From Deinococcus sp. (lineage in GTDB: Bacteria; Deinococcota; Deinococci; Deinococcales; Deinococcaceae), in the NCBI GenBank assembly GCA_018260375.1, contig JAGLBF010000003.1:1-42989 (forward strand): a stretch of DNA of 42,989 bases. Direction: 5' to 3'. The notes under the pieces are model-generated. The model worked only from the letters and a program-made list of their open reading frames with translations, made no database searches and was not told the origin of the DNA. A program made the position numbers and the translations under genes. Of the stretch, positions 1 through 10,295 are shown piece by piece. Positions within the stretch are counted from its first letter, which is position 1, and every line of letters begins with the position of its first letter.

Positions 1-51
1 CGCAGGCGGCGCTTTTCCGACTGTGGTGGAATTTAGCGGCAGTCCGTATCA
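1..51 (+). repeat. Right part of the Deinococcus intergenic repeat (MITE-like, SRE/SNR-type), truncated by the window start
   Basis: cgcaggcggcgcttttccgactgtggtggaatttagcggcagtccgtat is identical to 36257-36305; ends CCGTA-TCA. Confidence 0.9.
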
Positions 52-94
52 GGCCGGTTGGGACGGCTCAGACTGCGCTTCATGTCAGCACCGT

Positions 95-242
95 TAGGCG
101 CCGCTTGTCTTCTTTCACCGCGTGTTCAACTCAGGTATAGTAAGCATTACGGAAAATTAGTTATAAGTATATCTTCTTAGTTTGCCATAGGGCAGGCAAC
201 TAGGGCAATCAGAGTGCAACGAATTAAACGGAATCCGTATAA
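95..242 (-). repeat. Degenerate repeat-family modules (terminus TTA-TACGGATTCCG and a cgcggtgaaagaag module)
   Basis: cggaatccgtataa at ~229-242 is the reverse complement of the element end; ~100-130 resembles the aacgcagtgaaagaaagccagcg module at ~9085-9110 and ~38191-38215. Confidence 0.45.
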
Positions 243-316
243 GTCCACAGCCGTATGAAAAAGGTCTGAACATCCACATGCTTTTTGCCCAGGCTCGTAT
301 GGTCAAAGGCCTACCA

Positions 317-904
317 TCAACCTTTAGCGGGCAGCGTCTTTTTGCGCCAGAGCCAAATCAGCAGCGCCACAGCAGCGGCAGCCAGCACATACGGTAACAG
401 TTCATGCTGGCGGCGCTCAAGTTGCTGCAAGATGGCGGGGCCGTAGGCCCACAGCAGGGTTTGCCATACGCCCACATGCAGCAGCGCCCCCAGAAAACTG
501 TAGACTATATAAGACCGCCAGGGGTACTGGCTTGCGCCCGCGTACAGGGTCACAGGGGTACGCAGCGACCCCACCGTGCGGCTGACAATCACTGCTAGGC
601 CGCCAACCCGCTGCATCAGGCTCACGGCGCGGGGGTTGCGGGCGGTTTCTTGCCAGTGCAGGGGAAGTTTTTTTAGGGCCAGGTGCGCCACCTGATACCC
701 CGCTAGGCTGCCTAACCAGTTGCCCGCTGTACCCCAAATGATTGCCTCGAGCAAGGTCGTGTGCTTGGCATGGATAGACTCAGCGAGGGCCAACATAGGC
801 AAGATACCGGGAATGCCGGGAATGCCCATGCCTTCTAAAAACATCAGGATAAAGCTCGCCATATGCAGCCAAAAGGCACTTAAACTGTCGAGCCAGGCGA
901 TCAT
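317..904 (-). CDS. DedA/VTT family membrane protein
   Basis: FLEGMGIPGIPG, GNWLGSLAGY, VSRTVGSLRTPV..AG motifs; hydrophobic helices. Confidence 0.88.
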   Translation of the reverse strand: MIAWLDSLSAFWLHMASFILMFLEGMGIPGIPGILPMLALAESIHAKHTTLLEAIIWGTAGNWLGSLAGYQVAHLALKKLPLHWQETARNPRAVSLMQRVGGLAVIVSRTVGSLRTPVTLYAGASQYPWRSYIVYSFLGALLHVGVWQTLLWAYGPAILQQLERRQHELLPYVLAAAAVALLIWLWRKKTLPAKG

Positions 905-1222
905 CGGCGGTCAGTATCGCACAGATAGAACACCGTTGCCGTCAGAAAGATGTGAGCGAGCGCTACGCTTAACGCCTGCTGCCCTGATAAATCTACTGAT
1001 CAATCTGTAGTACCCGCAAGGCAGGCGCGGTATCACGGCCGCTATTGGACAATAACCCCCGGTGTATGAGAGCTTTTGGACTATGACCGGATGTATAGCT
1101 GCATCAGCCGCTACTACATTACAGCGGCCCGGCAAAGGCTCGTCTGCGCCCCCCGCGAGCCGTACGGCCACCATGCAGTCAACCAAGCCCAGGTGGTGAC
1201 CGGAGCAAAAATCTGCCTCGAT

Positions 1223-2212
1223 TTATATCCGAATGGTGACGCGGGCGCTGTCTTCTTCAAGGTGAACGCTGTCAATAAAGCGCACCACGCGGGTGGCGTA
1301 GCCCATAACCAGGGTGTGGGTTCTGGCTCCGCCGCCAAAGCGCCGCACGCCCTCAAGCAGCTCGCCGTGGGTGATGCCCGTGCCGGAGAAAACCAGTTGC
1401 TTGCCTGGGGCCAGTTCGTTGGTGTGGTAAATGCGGCCTTCCTCAACACCCATAGTGACGAAACGCTCGCGCTGGGCGTCATCTTCGGCAATAAAGCGGC
1501 CCTGAATTTCAGCCCCCAAGCATTTGAGTGCCGCCGCAGTAATCACCCCTTCAGGTGCGCCGCCCAGACCCATCAGGGCGTGAACACCCGTACCGCGCAT
1601 GCCCACTGCCAGGCCTGCAATCACGTCTCCGTCACCAATCAGCTTCACTCTGGCCCCCGCTGCACGCACCTGACGAATCAGGTCAGCGTGGCGCTCTCTG
1701 TCCAAAATAGTAATCAGCAGGTCTTGGATGTTGCGCTCTAGAGCCTGAGCAATGGCGGCGAGGTTGGCTTCTACGGGCCATTCCAGGTGTACGCGGCCTG
1801 CGGCGGGCGGCGGCACGATCAGCTTTTCCATATAGCAGTCGGGGGCCTGCATCAGCCCACCTTTTTCAGAAATGGCGATAACCGCAAGACCGTTGGGAAG
1901 GCCCTTGGCGGTGACACTGGTGCCTTCTACGGGGTCTACGGCAATATCCACTTCGTATTTGCCGTTGCCCAGTTGTTCACCGATATACAGCATCGGCGCT
2001 TCGTCCATTTCGCCCTCGCCAATAACCACTTCGCCGCGAATATCCAGGCTGCCCAGCACATCGCGCATGGCTTCGGTGCCTGCCTTATCTACGGCGTGTT
2101 TGTCACCCATGCCCACCCAACGGCTGGCGGCGAGGGCGGCAGCTTCGGTTACGCGGGCGATTTCTAGAACCAGGGCGTGCTCTATGTCAGATTTGTTGCG
2201 AGTAAGAGTCAT
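1223..2212 (-). CDS. glpX: Class II fructose-1,6-bisphosphatase
   Basis: [45 protein letters not shown]; leaderless start TAAACT-N7-ATG. Confidence 0.96.
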   Translation of the reverse strand: MTLTRNKSDIEHALVLEIARVTEAAALAASRWVGMGDKHAVDKAGTEAMRDVLGSLDIRGEVVIGEGEMDEAPMLYIGEQLGNGKYEVDIAVDPVEGTSVTAKGLPNGLAVIAISEKGGLMQAPDCYMEKLIVPPPAAGRVHLEWPVEANLAAIAQALERNIQDLLITILDRERHADLIRQVRAAGARVKLIGDGDVIAGLAVGMRGTGVHALMGLGGAPEGVITAAALKCLGAEIQGRFIAEDDAQRERFVTMGVEEGRIYHTNELAPGKQLVFSGTGITHGELLEGVRRFGGGARTHTLVMGYATRVVRFIDSVHLEEDSARVTIRI

Positions 2213-2521
2213 ACTTCAGAGTTTACACGTTTGGTCGGGATGTATACCGTCTGGGAGCGCTTCCATATGCAGGCGCTTGAGCAATGACACTGTTGAAATA
2301 TGTGCCGTGCGGGAAGACCACTGCCACAGGCAGCAGATGAGGATGAACAATGGAACGAGGAACATCCCCGCCTACACGGGGAAAACAGGTCGGGGCGGTT
2401 GCATAGGCATCAGCGCCCGCCTGCCAGTCGGCTGGGCTGCACACCCGCTGCTGTCTCGGCTGTACCAGTGTGGGGCGGAATCTGTATCAGCCGTGCTTGT
2501 TTATTGATACTGAACCCTCAT

Positions 2522-2632
2522 CTACTTCAGCACGCCTAGCCACAACAGCAGCAGATAAAACGCCACGGGCAAGGCCAGCACCGCCGCTACAAACTTGATC
2601 AGTCTCCACCAGTAATTCAAAGCGTCGCGCAT
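2522..2632 (-). CDS. Small single-TM protein, 36 aa (MRDALNYWWRLIKFVAAVLALPVAFYLLLLWLGVLK), not in ORF track
   Basis: Manual translation; TACACT-N7-ATG leaderless signature; one clean hydrophobic helix; divergent from pgm. Confidence 0.65.
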   Translation of the reverse strand: MRDALNYWWRLIKFVAAVLALPVAFYLLLLWLGVLK

Positions 2633-2788
2633 AGAGGGTAGTGTAATATAGAGCTTCAGTGTAATACAGCAGTGCGCTGCGCCGGGCATGCTGTGGCCCC
2701 AGCCGAAATCTGTAGGGTGCGCAGGGCAACCCCCCCTTTGCTCCGCTGGGGCGTTACAATACGCCTACACGAATTGGAGGCAATGACA

Positions 2789-4429
2789 ATGGCGATTTCT
2801 GAACTGGCAGGTAAGCCCGCGCCGCAGCGCATTTTAAGCAACATTCCCCGTTTGGTAGCCGACTACTACGAGTTGACTCCTGACCCCGCCAACCCCGCGC
2901 AGCAAGTGGCGTTTGGTACCAGTGGACACCGTGGGAGCAGCAGCAGCGGCTCATTCAATGAAGCGCATATTCTGGCGATTGCCCAGGCGGTTGCCGAGCA
3001 CCGTGTCCAGGCAGGCGTCACAGGGCCGCTGTTTATCGGGGCCGACACCCACGCCCTGAGTGAGCCAGCGCTTACCAGTGCCCTGCGGGTGCTGGTCGCC
3101 AACGGGGTGGATGTTCGGCGCAGTCAGGGGTGGCACTTTACCCCTACCCCGCTGATTAGCCACGCTATTTTAGAGTGGAACGCGGCAGGCAGGCATGACA
3201 CCCTTGCTGACGGCATTGTCATCACCCCCAGCCACAACCCGCCCCAGGACGGCGGATTTAAGTACAACCCGCCCAGCGGCGGCCCCGCTGACACCGACAT
3301 CACAGGAGCGGTGCAGGCCCGCGCCAATGAACTGCTGCGCGGCAACAACCAGGGCGTTCAGTCACTACCGCTGGCCCAGGCCCTTGCCAGCGCGGCTGAG
3401 TTTGATTTTATCACCCCTTACGTTGAGCAACTGCCCGAAGTGGTAGACATTGCCGCCATACAAAAAGCGGGCGTGCGCATTGGGGTAGACCCGCTGGGCG
3501 GCAGTAGCCTGCCTGTGTGGGAAGCCATTAAGGTGCGCTGGGGGCTTAATCTCAGCATCGTCAATGAGCAGGTAGACCCCCGCTTTGCTTTTATGACGGT
3601 GGACAAAGACGGCAAAATCCGCATGGACTGCTCAAGTCCTTATGCCATGGCGAGCTTGCTGGGGCTCAAAGACGACTTTGATGTCGCTGTAGGCAACGAC
3701 CCCGACGCTGACCGTCACGGCATTGTCACCGCTGAGGGCCTGATGAACCCCAATCACTACCTGGCCGTCGCCATTCAGTACCTCTTTAGCCACCGCCCTC
3801 ACTGGCCCAAGGCGGCAGGCGTGGGCAAAACTTTGGTAAGCAGCAGCCTTATTGACAAAGTAGCCGCGAGCTTAGGCCGCCAACTTGTTGAGGTGCCTGT
3901 GGGTTTTAAGTACTTTGTAGAGGGACTACAACAGGGGACACTGGGTTTTGGCGGCGAAGAATCGGCTGGGGCCAGCTTTTTGCGCCATGATGGCCAGGCG
4001 TGGAGCACCGACAAAGACGGCCTGATCATGGGCCTGCTCGCCGCCGAAATTGTGGCTGTGACGGGTCAGACCCCCAGCCAGCACCTCGCCGAGCTGTCGC
4101 AGCAGTTTGGCAAGGCAGCCTACAACCGTGCTGACGCGCCTGCCAGCAGCGAGGCCAAGCGCATTTTGAGCACCCTCAGTCCTGACGCGGTGAGCGCCAC
4201 CACCCTGGCAGGCGACCCCATCACCGCCAAGCTGACCCGCGCCACAGGCAACAACGCGCCCATCGGCGGGCTCAAAGTAGAGACTGAATACGCCTGGTTT
4301 GCCGCGCGTCCTAGCGGCACCGAGGACATCTACAAAATCTACGCCGAAAGCTGGAAAGGCGAAGACCACCTGCGCGCAGTGATGCAAGAAGCCGAGCAAG
4401 TGGTGAACGCAGCGCTTGGTCAGCAGTAG
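2789..4429 (+). CDS. pgm: Phosphoglucomutase (alpha-D-glucose-1,6-bisphosphate dependent)
   Basis: [17 protein letters not shown] (catalytic Ser), [20 protein letters not shown]; GGAGG at 2776-2780 favours ATG 2789. Confidence 0.96.
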   Translation: MAISELAGKPAPQRILSNIPRLVADYYELTPDPANPAQQVAFGTSGHRGSSSSGSFNEAHILAIAQAVAEHRVQAGVTGPLFIGADTHALSEPALTSALRVLVANGVDVRRSQGWHFTPTPLISHAILEWNAAGRHDTLADGIVITPSHNPPQDGGFKYNPPSGGPADTDITGAVQARANELLRGNNQGVQSLPLAQALASAAEFDFITPYVEQLPEVVDIAAIQKAGVRIGVDPLGGSSLPVWEAIKVRWGLNLSIVNEQVDPRFAFMTVDKDGKIRMDCSSPYAMASLLGLKDDFDVAVGNDPDADRHGIVTAEGLMNPNHYLAVAIQYLFSHRPHWPKAAGVGKTLVSSSLIDKVAASLGRQLVEVPVGFKYFVEGLQQGTLGFGGEESAGASFLRHDGQAWSTDKDGLIMGLLAAEIVAVTGQTPSQHLAELSQQFGKAAYNRADAPASSEAKRILSTLSPDAVSATTLAGDPITAKLTRATGNNAPIGGLKVETEYAWFAARPSGTEDIYKIYAESWKGEDHLRAVMQEAEQVVNAALGQQ

Positions 4430-4518
4430 GGCAAAGTTTCTGTGTAGCAAAGTGCCTGTGCAGCCCCTCTGCACCTGACTGACACCATAACCTCACGGCC
4501 CCGAGTATAGTGGGCCTT

Positions 4519-5001
4519 ATGGCGACTTCCTTTGCCCCGGGGCCCGTTTTTATTCCGCCCTTACCCCACACGGTCATCACCCGCGAGGAGATTACGGGTG
4601 TGGAGTTTGACTGGTTTGGCGTGGATGTTGCGGGCCACCTGGCACAGTTTCTGGCAGCCGGCGACAACGTGGTACCTGCTGGTGCCCTGCAAAGTGAGGA
4701 ATACCTAGAGGCGCTGCACGTGTGCATTGACGCCCTGCCTGCCAGCGAGCCAGTCAATGCACCTGCTGGCGGCCTTGACCTGCACCTGGCGCGCGCTCAG
4801 CAGCGCGGCGTCTTTGTGTATGACGCGCTGCTGGGGCAACCAGGACACTACCGCCTGGTCGCCGCCCCAGTGCAGCCGCTCACGCCTCAGCAACTTCCCG
4901 CCGAGCTACAGCCCTACCTGGCAAGCTTGCGGCTGGAAGTTAAGTTCGGCGCACAGACCTTGAATGTGCAGCCAGACGGAGCAGTAAGCACCACCCGTTG
5001 A
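4519..5001 (+). CDS. Hypothetical protein
   Basis: Host-like codon usage, TATAGT-N7-ATG, FDWFGVD..GHLAQF and RGVFVYD segments; no function recognised. Confidence 0.7.
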   Translation: MATSFAPGPVFIPPLPHTVITREEITGVEFDWFGVDVAGHLAQFLAAGDNVVPAGALQSEEYLEALHVCIDALPASEPVNAPAGGLDLHLARAQQRGVFVYDALLGQPGHYRLVAAPVQPLTPQQLPAELQPYLASLRLEVKFGAQTLNVQPDGAVSTTR

Positions 5002-5065
5002 GCGCCGTGACCAGCAACCTGAATATGGACTGCGCTTTCTGCGCTTTCATACTGCAAAATCAGTG

Positions 5066-6190
5066 TTAGCCCCGGAACAGTTTGCCCAGTTTGTCAAACA
5101 AGCCGTGTCCGTGCTGGTCTGGTACGTCGTTACCGGTGATGCGGGCGTAGTGCTCTAGCGCTTCGCGGGCCTCGCTGCTCATGGATTTGGGTACCACCAC
5201 GTCGTAAACCACCACCAAGTCGCCGCTGCCGCTGCCTTGCAACCTGGGCATTCCCTGACCCTTGAGGCGAAACAGCTCGCCATGCTGCGTGCCAGCTTTG
5301 ACCTCTATACTCTGCGGGCCGTCTAGCGTAGGAACATCAATTTTTCCGCCCAGCGCCGCCATAGGAAAGCTGATTTTGGCAGGGAAAATCAGATGCTCGC
5401 CTTCTCGCTGTAGCTGCTGGTGTTTTTCCATATCAATGTGAACATAGAGGTCGCCCGCTCCGCCTGGCCCCTCGTGACCCTGTCCCGCTACGCGGATGCG
5501 GTAGCCTTCGTCAATGCCTTTGGGCAGCGACACCGTAACCGTTTCACTCTTGAGGGTGCGCCCCCGACCACGGCATACCGTGCAGGGGTCTTCAATAATC
5601 TGCCCTTCGCCCCGGCAAGTCTGACAGGGCTGCTGGGTCATGATATTGCCAAAAATAGTGCGCGCCTGGGCCTGTACCTGCCCGCTGCCCTTACAGGTGG
5701 GGCAGGTTTTGGGGGGTTTGCCGCCGGGCTCGCTTTTGGTACCGTGGCAGTGCTCGCACTCGGTCATGCGGTCTACTTCTACGGTCACTTCAGCTCCGCT
5801 GCGCGCCTGCTCCAGCGTCACATTGAGCGCGACGTCAATGTCATCACCCCGCACGGGCCCGCGCCGCCCGCCGCGTCCACCCATTGCCCCGCCAAATAGC
5901 TGCTCAAAAATATCCATCGGGTCAAAGCCCGCTCCGCCCATGCCGCCAAAGGGGTCGCCCCCAGGCATACCCGCACTGGGCGCCGAGCCAAAGCGGTCAT
6001 AATGGGCTCGCTTTTCATCATCACTAAGCACGGCGTAGGCTTCGTTGATCTTGGCAAAGCGCTCAGATGCGCCCTCTTCTTTGTTGCGGTCAGGGTGATA
6101 TTTGACGGCCAGTTTGCGGTAAGCACTTTTTATTTCATCGCCGCTGGCAGTGCGCGACACACCCAGCAGTTCATAATAGTCAACGTTCAT
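5066..6190 (-). CDS. dnaJ: Molecular chaperone DnaJ (class A)
   Basis: J domain with HPD, G/F-rich linker, four CxxCxG zinc-finger repeats, C-terminal domain. Confidence 0.97.
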   Translation of the reverse strand: MNVDYYELLGVSRTASGDEIKSAYRKLAVKYHPDRNKEEGASERFAKINEAYAVLSDDEKRAHYDRFGSAPSAGMPGGDPFGGMGGAGFDPMDIFEQLFGGAMGGRGGRRGPVRGDDIDVALNVTLEQARSGAEVTVEVDRMTECEHCHGTKSEPGGKPPKTCPTCKGSGQVQAQARTIFGNIMTQQPCQTCRGEGQIIEDPCTVCRGRGRTLKSETVTVSLPKGIDEGYRIRVAGQGHEGPGGAGDLYVHIDMEKHQQLQREGEHLIFPAKISFPMAALGGKIDVPTLDGPQSIEVKAGTQHGELFRLKGQGMPRLQGSGSGDLVVVYDVVVPKSMSSEAREALEHYARITGNDVPDQHGHGLFDKLGKLFRG

Positions 6191-6268
6191 AACACCTCGT
6201 GTAGGAAAGAGCTTTGGGAAAAGAGCAAAGAATTAGGCCGCAGCAAGGCGGGCCATACTAGTCACAAT

Positions 6269-6289
6269 CTTAACACAACCACACTCACA
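6269..6289. promoter_or_regulatory. Possible degenerate HspR (HAIR) operator overlapping the dnaJ -10 box
   Basis: CTTAACA-N7-ACTCACA versus consensus CTTGAGT-N7-ACTCAAG (9/14 matches); overlaps TAAGAT on the minus strand. Confidence 0.3.
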
Positions 6290-6456
6290 AAAGGTGATGC
6301 GTGCAAGATGTGGAAATGTGGCACCATGTAACTGTGCAACGTAACTGTGTAGCGTCACCGTGCAGCGGCGGCATAGAAGGCCGAGGTCTTTGCTGATTTC
6401 GGTGACTGGTAGCTGGTGACAGGTGGCTGGTAATTGTCTAGGCGTAGCTAAGGCCC

Positions 6457-6981
6457 TCAGCGCGGCGGCACTTGGCCTGTCAATTCGTCGTCCTGGTCGG
6501 CATAAAGCCCCGCATAGTACATCCCCAGCATCTCTAAAAAGCGCATCTCCTCGCGGGTGGTCATGGCTGAGAGCCGCGCTTCAAAGCTGAGCAGCAGCGT
6601 GGCGTAGGCCAGCGACGCTGCGCCCAGCACGGCAAGGCCCACAGGGAGCATTCCAGAATTGACACCCACTATGGTAGATATGCCCAGCCACACGCTGTCT
6701 AGCACCAAAAAGGCCACCGACAGGTACAGGCTTTGCATGGCGCGCTGCAAGTAGCGGGTGCGGCGGCTCAGCTGCGGCAACTGGGCGATAATCAGGCGCT
6801 TTTCCTGGCGGGCGAGCGGTTCTTGCTGACCCTGCGCCGTCACCAGCACCTTAAAGCGGGCGGTAACGTTGCGTACACGGTCTGTAGAGCGGCCCAGGCG
6901 GTTGCTGGTGCTTAGCAGCAAACTGGCAACCCCTGAAATCAGTACAGCGGGCGTAATCATAGCGGTTACTACGGCGTCCAC
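6457..6981 (-). CDS. DUF2721-like membrane protein
   Basis: AMITPAVLISG..LLLSTSNRLGR..DRVR signature; TACACT-N7-GTG. Confidence 0.82.
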   Translation of the reverse strand: MDAVVTAMITPAVLISGVASLLLSTSNRLGRSTDRVRNVTARFKVLVTAQGQQEPLARQEKRLIIAQLPQLSRRTRYLQRAMQSLYLSVAFLVLDSVWLGISTIVGVNSGMLPVGLAVLGAASLAYATLLLSFEARLSAMTTREEMRFLEMLGMYYAGLYADQDDELTGQVPPR

Positions 6982-7153
6982 ACTGTTCAGTGTACCAGTG
7001 CTCGGCGCTCAGGCCAAACATCTTACCCAACGCGGCCATATCTAGACGCCTTGTTTGCCGTTGACTGATTGCTGCCCAGTTGCTGCTCGTGGGCCACTTC
7101 CACAACTCCGGATACCCGGCGGCTCACCGCTGTAATAATGCTACCTTTACCCT

Positions 7154-8059
7154 ATGTCTCAATCTTTGACCCTGGCATTTGTGGGGCTAGGCGCTATGGG
7201 CGGCCCAATGGCAGCTCACCTGGCGGCCCCTGAAGTGGGCGCTGAAACCCTGCTGCTGTACAACCGCACGGCGAACAAAGCGCAGGCCCTCGCCGCCGAG
7301 CTAGGCGCACGTGTGCAGGCGGTCAGTTTGCCCGAAATAGCCCGCGCTGACCTTATCGTTTCGTGCTTGCCAACCAGTCAGGAGGTGAGCGAAGTCCTCG
7401 CCCAGTTGCCTTCACTAAAGCGCGGCGCGGTGTGGGTAGACTGCACCAGCGGACACCCCGACGCAGCCCGCGTGCAGGCCGACCAACTCGCCCAGCAGGG
7501 GGTCACTTTTTTAGACGCCCCGGTGTCGGGCGGCACGGCAGGAGCGCAAGCCGGCACCCTCACGGTGATGGTCGGCGGTGACGCACAGGTGCTCGACCGG
7601 GTGCGGCCCTACCTGGCGTTTGCAGCGCTGGTGCGTCATGTGGGGCCTAGCGGCGCAGGCTTTGCACTCAAGGCGGTCAATAACATTTTGCTCGCCACCC
7701 AGCTGCTGGCCACGGGCGAAGGTCTGGCGGCCTTAGCCCGCTGCGGGGTTAGCCCAGACGCCGCGCTAGAGGTAATCAACGCCTCTAGCGGGCGCAGCAA
7801 CGCCTCACAAAACCTGATACCCCAACGCGTGCTGACCCGTGAATTTCCCGTCACCTTTAAGCTGGGTCTTCTCGCCAAAGATGCCGACATCGCCCTGGAC
7901 GTGGCCCTAAGCGTTCAAGCCAGCACGCCACTCCTGGCCCAGGTAGCGGGACTGACACGCGGCGCTTCGCGGCTTATCGGCCCAGACCATGACCACACCG
8001 CCGCCCTGCAACTGATAGAGCAGCTCAACGGACTAGAACTGACTGGAGAACGCCGATGA
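7154..8059 (+). CDS. NAD(P)-dependent beta-hydroxyacid dehydrogenase (3-hydroxyisobutyrate dehydrogenase family)
   Basis: FVGLGAMG Rossmann motif, [22 protein letters not shown]. Confidence 0.92.
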   Translation: MSQSLTLAFVGLGAMGGPMAAHLAAPEVGAETLLLYNRTANKAQALAAELGARVQAVSLPEIARADLIVSCLPTSQEVSEVLAQLPSLKRGAVWVDCTSGHPDAARVQADQLAQQGVTFLDAPVSGGTAGAQAGTLTVMVGGDAQVLDRVRPYLAFAALVRHVGPSGAGFALKAVNNILLATQLLATGEGLAALARCGVSPDAALEVINASSGRSNASQNLIPQRVLTREFPVTFKLGLLAKDADIALDVALSVQASTPLLAQVAGLTRGASRLIGPDHDHTAALQLIEQLNGLELTGERR

Positions 8060-8934
8060 ATGATACCGAGTTACTCAACGCCACTGAGTTTCAAGTGATC
8101 GCTGACGGCGGCCTGGACAGGCACCGCACGCTGCTCACTGCTGTACCGGTGGCGCCCTTTTATGTCAATTTTGGTACAGAGAGTTACCGAGGTGGAGCGT
8201 TGCCAGAGGCCGAATTCTTTGCGCGCCTGCGCGCCGGTACGCCTCACCCCACGAGCTCACAGCCCTCTCCAGGCGACTACGCCGAGCTGTACCGCATGGT
8301 GGGGGGCGAAGTGGCACTGACCATCACTATTGCGCGCGGGCTATCGGGCAGCTACAACGCCGCCGAGCAAGCCCGCGCCCTGGTGCCTGAAGCCCGCGTG
8401 TACATTCACAATTCGCAGACCCTCAGCGCCGCGCAGGCTTTTCAGGTACACGCCGCTGAAACTGCCAGGGCCACTGGTCAACCGCTGAGCACCGCTCTGC
8501 GCTGGATAGAACAGGTCAGCGAGGAAACCGAACTCTTTTTTACCCTCAACAACCTGGAATATCTGCGCCGAGGCGGGCGTATTGGGCGGGTGGCAGCAGC
8601 GGTGGGCGGCTTTTTGAACATCAAACCCGTGGTGACGGTGGATAAGTCTACCGGTACGTACGTCAACGTGGCGCGTGGCCGCTCCTGGAAGGGCGCCATC
8701 GAGGCACTCGCCCGACAGGTTACACAACGCTACGGCGTGGGCACGCCGCTACGGGTGGCCTTGTTGGTAGGCGAAAACCCCGCTGACGCTGAGCAGTTGC
8801 TGAATATCATCAAACAATCACACCCGATTATCTGGACAGAAACGGTAGCGGTCAATCAGGTGCTGGCTGTCCACACTGGCCCCGAAGCAGTGGGCCTAGC
8901 GGTAGCACCTGGCGTGTGGCGCTGGGAAAAATAA
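8056..8934 (+). CDS. DegV family fatty-acid-binding protein
   Basis: [39 protein letters not shown]; ATGA overlap with upstream gene. Confidence 0.93.
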   Translation: MNDTELLNATEFQVIADGGLDRHRTLLTAVPVAPFYVNFGTESYRGGALPEAEFFARLRAGTPHPTSSQPSPGDYAELYRMVGGEVALTITIARGLSGSYNAAEQARALVPEARVYIHNSQTLSAAQAFQVHAAETARATGQPLSTALRWIEQVSEETELFFTLNNLEYLRRGGRIGRVAAAVGGFLNIKPVVTVDKSTGTYVNVARGRSWKGAIEALARQVTQRYGVGTPLRVALLVGENPADAEQLLNIIKQSHPIIWTETVAVNQVLAVHTGPEAVGLAVAPGVWRWEK

Positions 8935-8995
8935 TCTGAGAGAAATAATAAGCTCAGGTAGCAGCCGTTCAGGAGATTGACCCACTGGCAGGGTA

Positions 8996-9140
8996 TACGC
9001 GTTTCGCTTTACTCCAGCACAGCGCAAGGGACGCCGCCTGCGCTACCGCGAAACGCATACGTTTTGTTACTCCTTTTTGATACGCTCGCTGGCTTTCTTT
9101 CACTGCGTTGTTAACAAGGCTTAGGGCGCAGTCCGTATAA
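8996..9140 (-). repeat. Divergent full-length member of the intergenic repeat family
   Basis: Minus strand starts TTA-TACGGACTGCG, contains cgcggtagcgcaggcggcg...ctgtgctgga and an internal IR gtatgcgtttcgc/gcgaaacgcgta. Confidence 0.7.
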
Positions 9141-9223
9141 CCTCCACTTGTCGCATCTCAGGTCGGTTCATCTGCTACCCTCAACATTATGTACAACGCA
9201 TTACTGCCCCTGAGGAACGAAAG

Positions 9224-9835
9224 ATGACCCACATTATGGCCATTACTTCTGAAAAAGGTGGCGTGGGCAAAAGTACGCTGGGGGTGCATCTGGCAGGCGC
9301 CTTTACTGAGCGCGGCCTAAAGACGCTGCTGGTCGACGAAGACGGGCGCATCGGCAGTGCGCTGCGCTGGGCTACGCGGGGCAACGGCCTTCCCTTTGAG
9401 GTGCTGGAGCCTGAAGAGGTAAAGCCCAAAAAGCTGCGCGAGTATGACGTGGTGGTGATTGACACTGAGGGCCGCCCCAAGCGTAAGGAGCTGCGTACCC
9501 TGGGCGAACGCGCCGATATTATTGTGCTGCCCAGTGGTGTGTCGCCGCTTGAGCTGGAAGCCACCCAAGAGCTGCTGGCCTTTTTATACGAAGACCCTCA
9601 AGCCCGCCGCCGCTGCCGTGTGGTACTGACCCGTGTGCCGCCTGTAGGGCGCGCCGCCGAGAATGCCCGCGAAAACCTGCGTGACCTAGGGATTATCGTG
9701 TGCAATACCTGGGTGCGCCATTACGCCAGTTATATGCGCGCCGCCGAACTGGGTACGCTCTGCCGCGACGTAGCTGATGAGCGCGCCGCTATCGCCTGGC
9801 AAGACATCCTTGACCTCTCACGTGAGCTGGTCTGA
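9224..9835 (+). CDS. Small ParA/ParF-like ATPase
   Basis: Deviant Walker [17 protein letters not shown] Walker B, 203 aa with no N-terminal HTH. Confidence 0.92.
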   Translation: MTHIMAITSEKGGVGKSTLGVHLAGAFTERGLKTLLVDEDGRIGSALRWATRGNGLPFEVLEPEEVKPKKLREYDVVVIDTEGRPKRKELRTLGERADIIVLPSGVSPLELEATQELLAFLYEDPQARRRCRVVLTRVPPVGRAAENARENLRDLGIIVCNTWVRHYASYMRAAELGTLCRDVADERAAIAWQDILDLSRELV

Positions 9836-10104
9836 TGGCGGGGCGCTTTGCTTATCTAGAGGGCCAAAGTGTGCGCAAAAAGCACAAGAAAAAGGCCGCC
9901 AAAGCTGCTCAGGATAGCAAACAAGAGCCGTTAGAAATTGTGTACATCCGTAAAGAACTGCTGCGCGGCGTTTGGCGGCAGTACAAAGTGATGGGCGGCG
10001 AAAGCGTATCCGAGTTGGTTGAAGAACTGCTCTCCGAGTGGCTACAGCAGCAAAAGAGTGGGTATACGCCGGAAGAATGGGCGAAACGTCAAAAAAAGGA
10101 CTAG
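9835..10104 (+). CDS. Small basic protein, probable ribbon-helix-helix ParA partner
   Basis: TGATG overlap with parA; Lys-rich N-tail, then IVYIRKEL strand-helix and SVSELVEELLSEWL helix. Confidence 0.7.
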   Translation: MAGRFAYLEGQSVRKKHKKKAAKAAQDSKQEPLEIVYIRKELLRGVWRQYKVMGGESVSELVEELLSEWLQQQKSGYTPEEWAKRQKKD

Positions 10105-10295
10105 TGGGGGCGCTGATCTGCGGCGCACGCCAGGCGTTCACCTCTTGCCCCTGTCTCTCACGGAGGTACAGGGGCCGCTTTTGGCCCACCAATCTTGATG
10201 CCTAGCTGACGAATCGGCGTATACTAGACAGTCGGGAAAGAAAACAAATCAACAGACTGCCCCCTTACCCAGGGCAGATTTTCAGGAGGGTAACC

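Noticed and set aside
905-1222. Long intergenic region (also 2213-2520) as ncRNA, riboswitch or small ORFs
   Set aside because: No recognisable RNA motif and no convincing start context or codon bias
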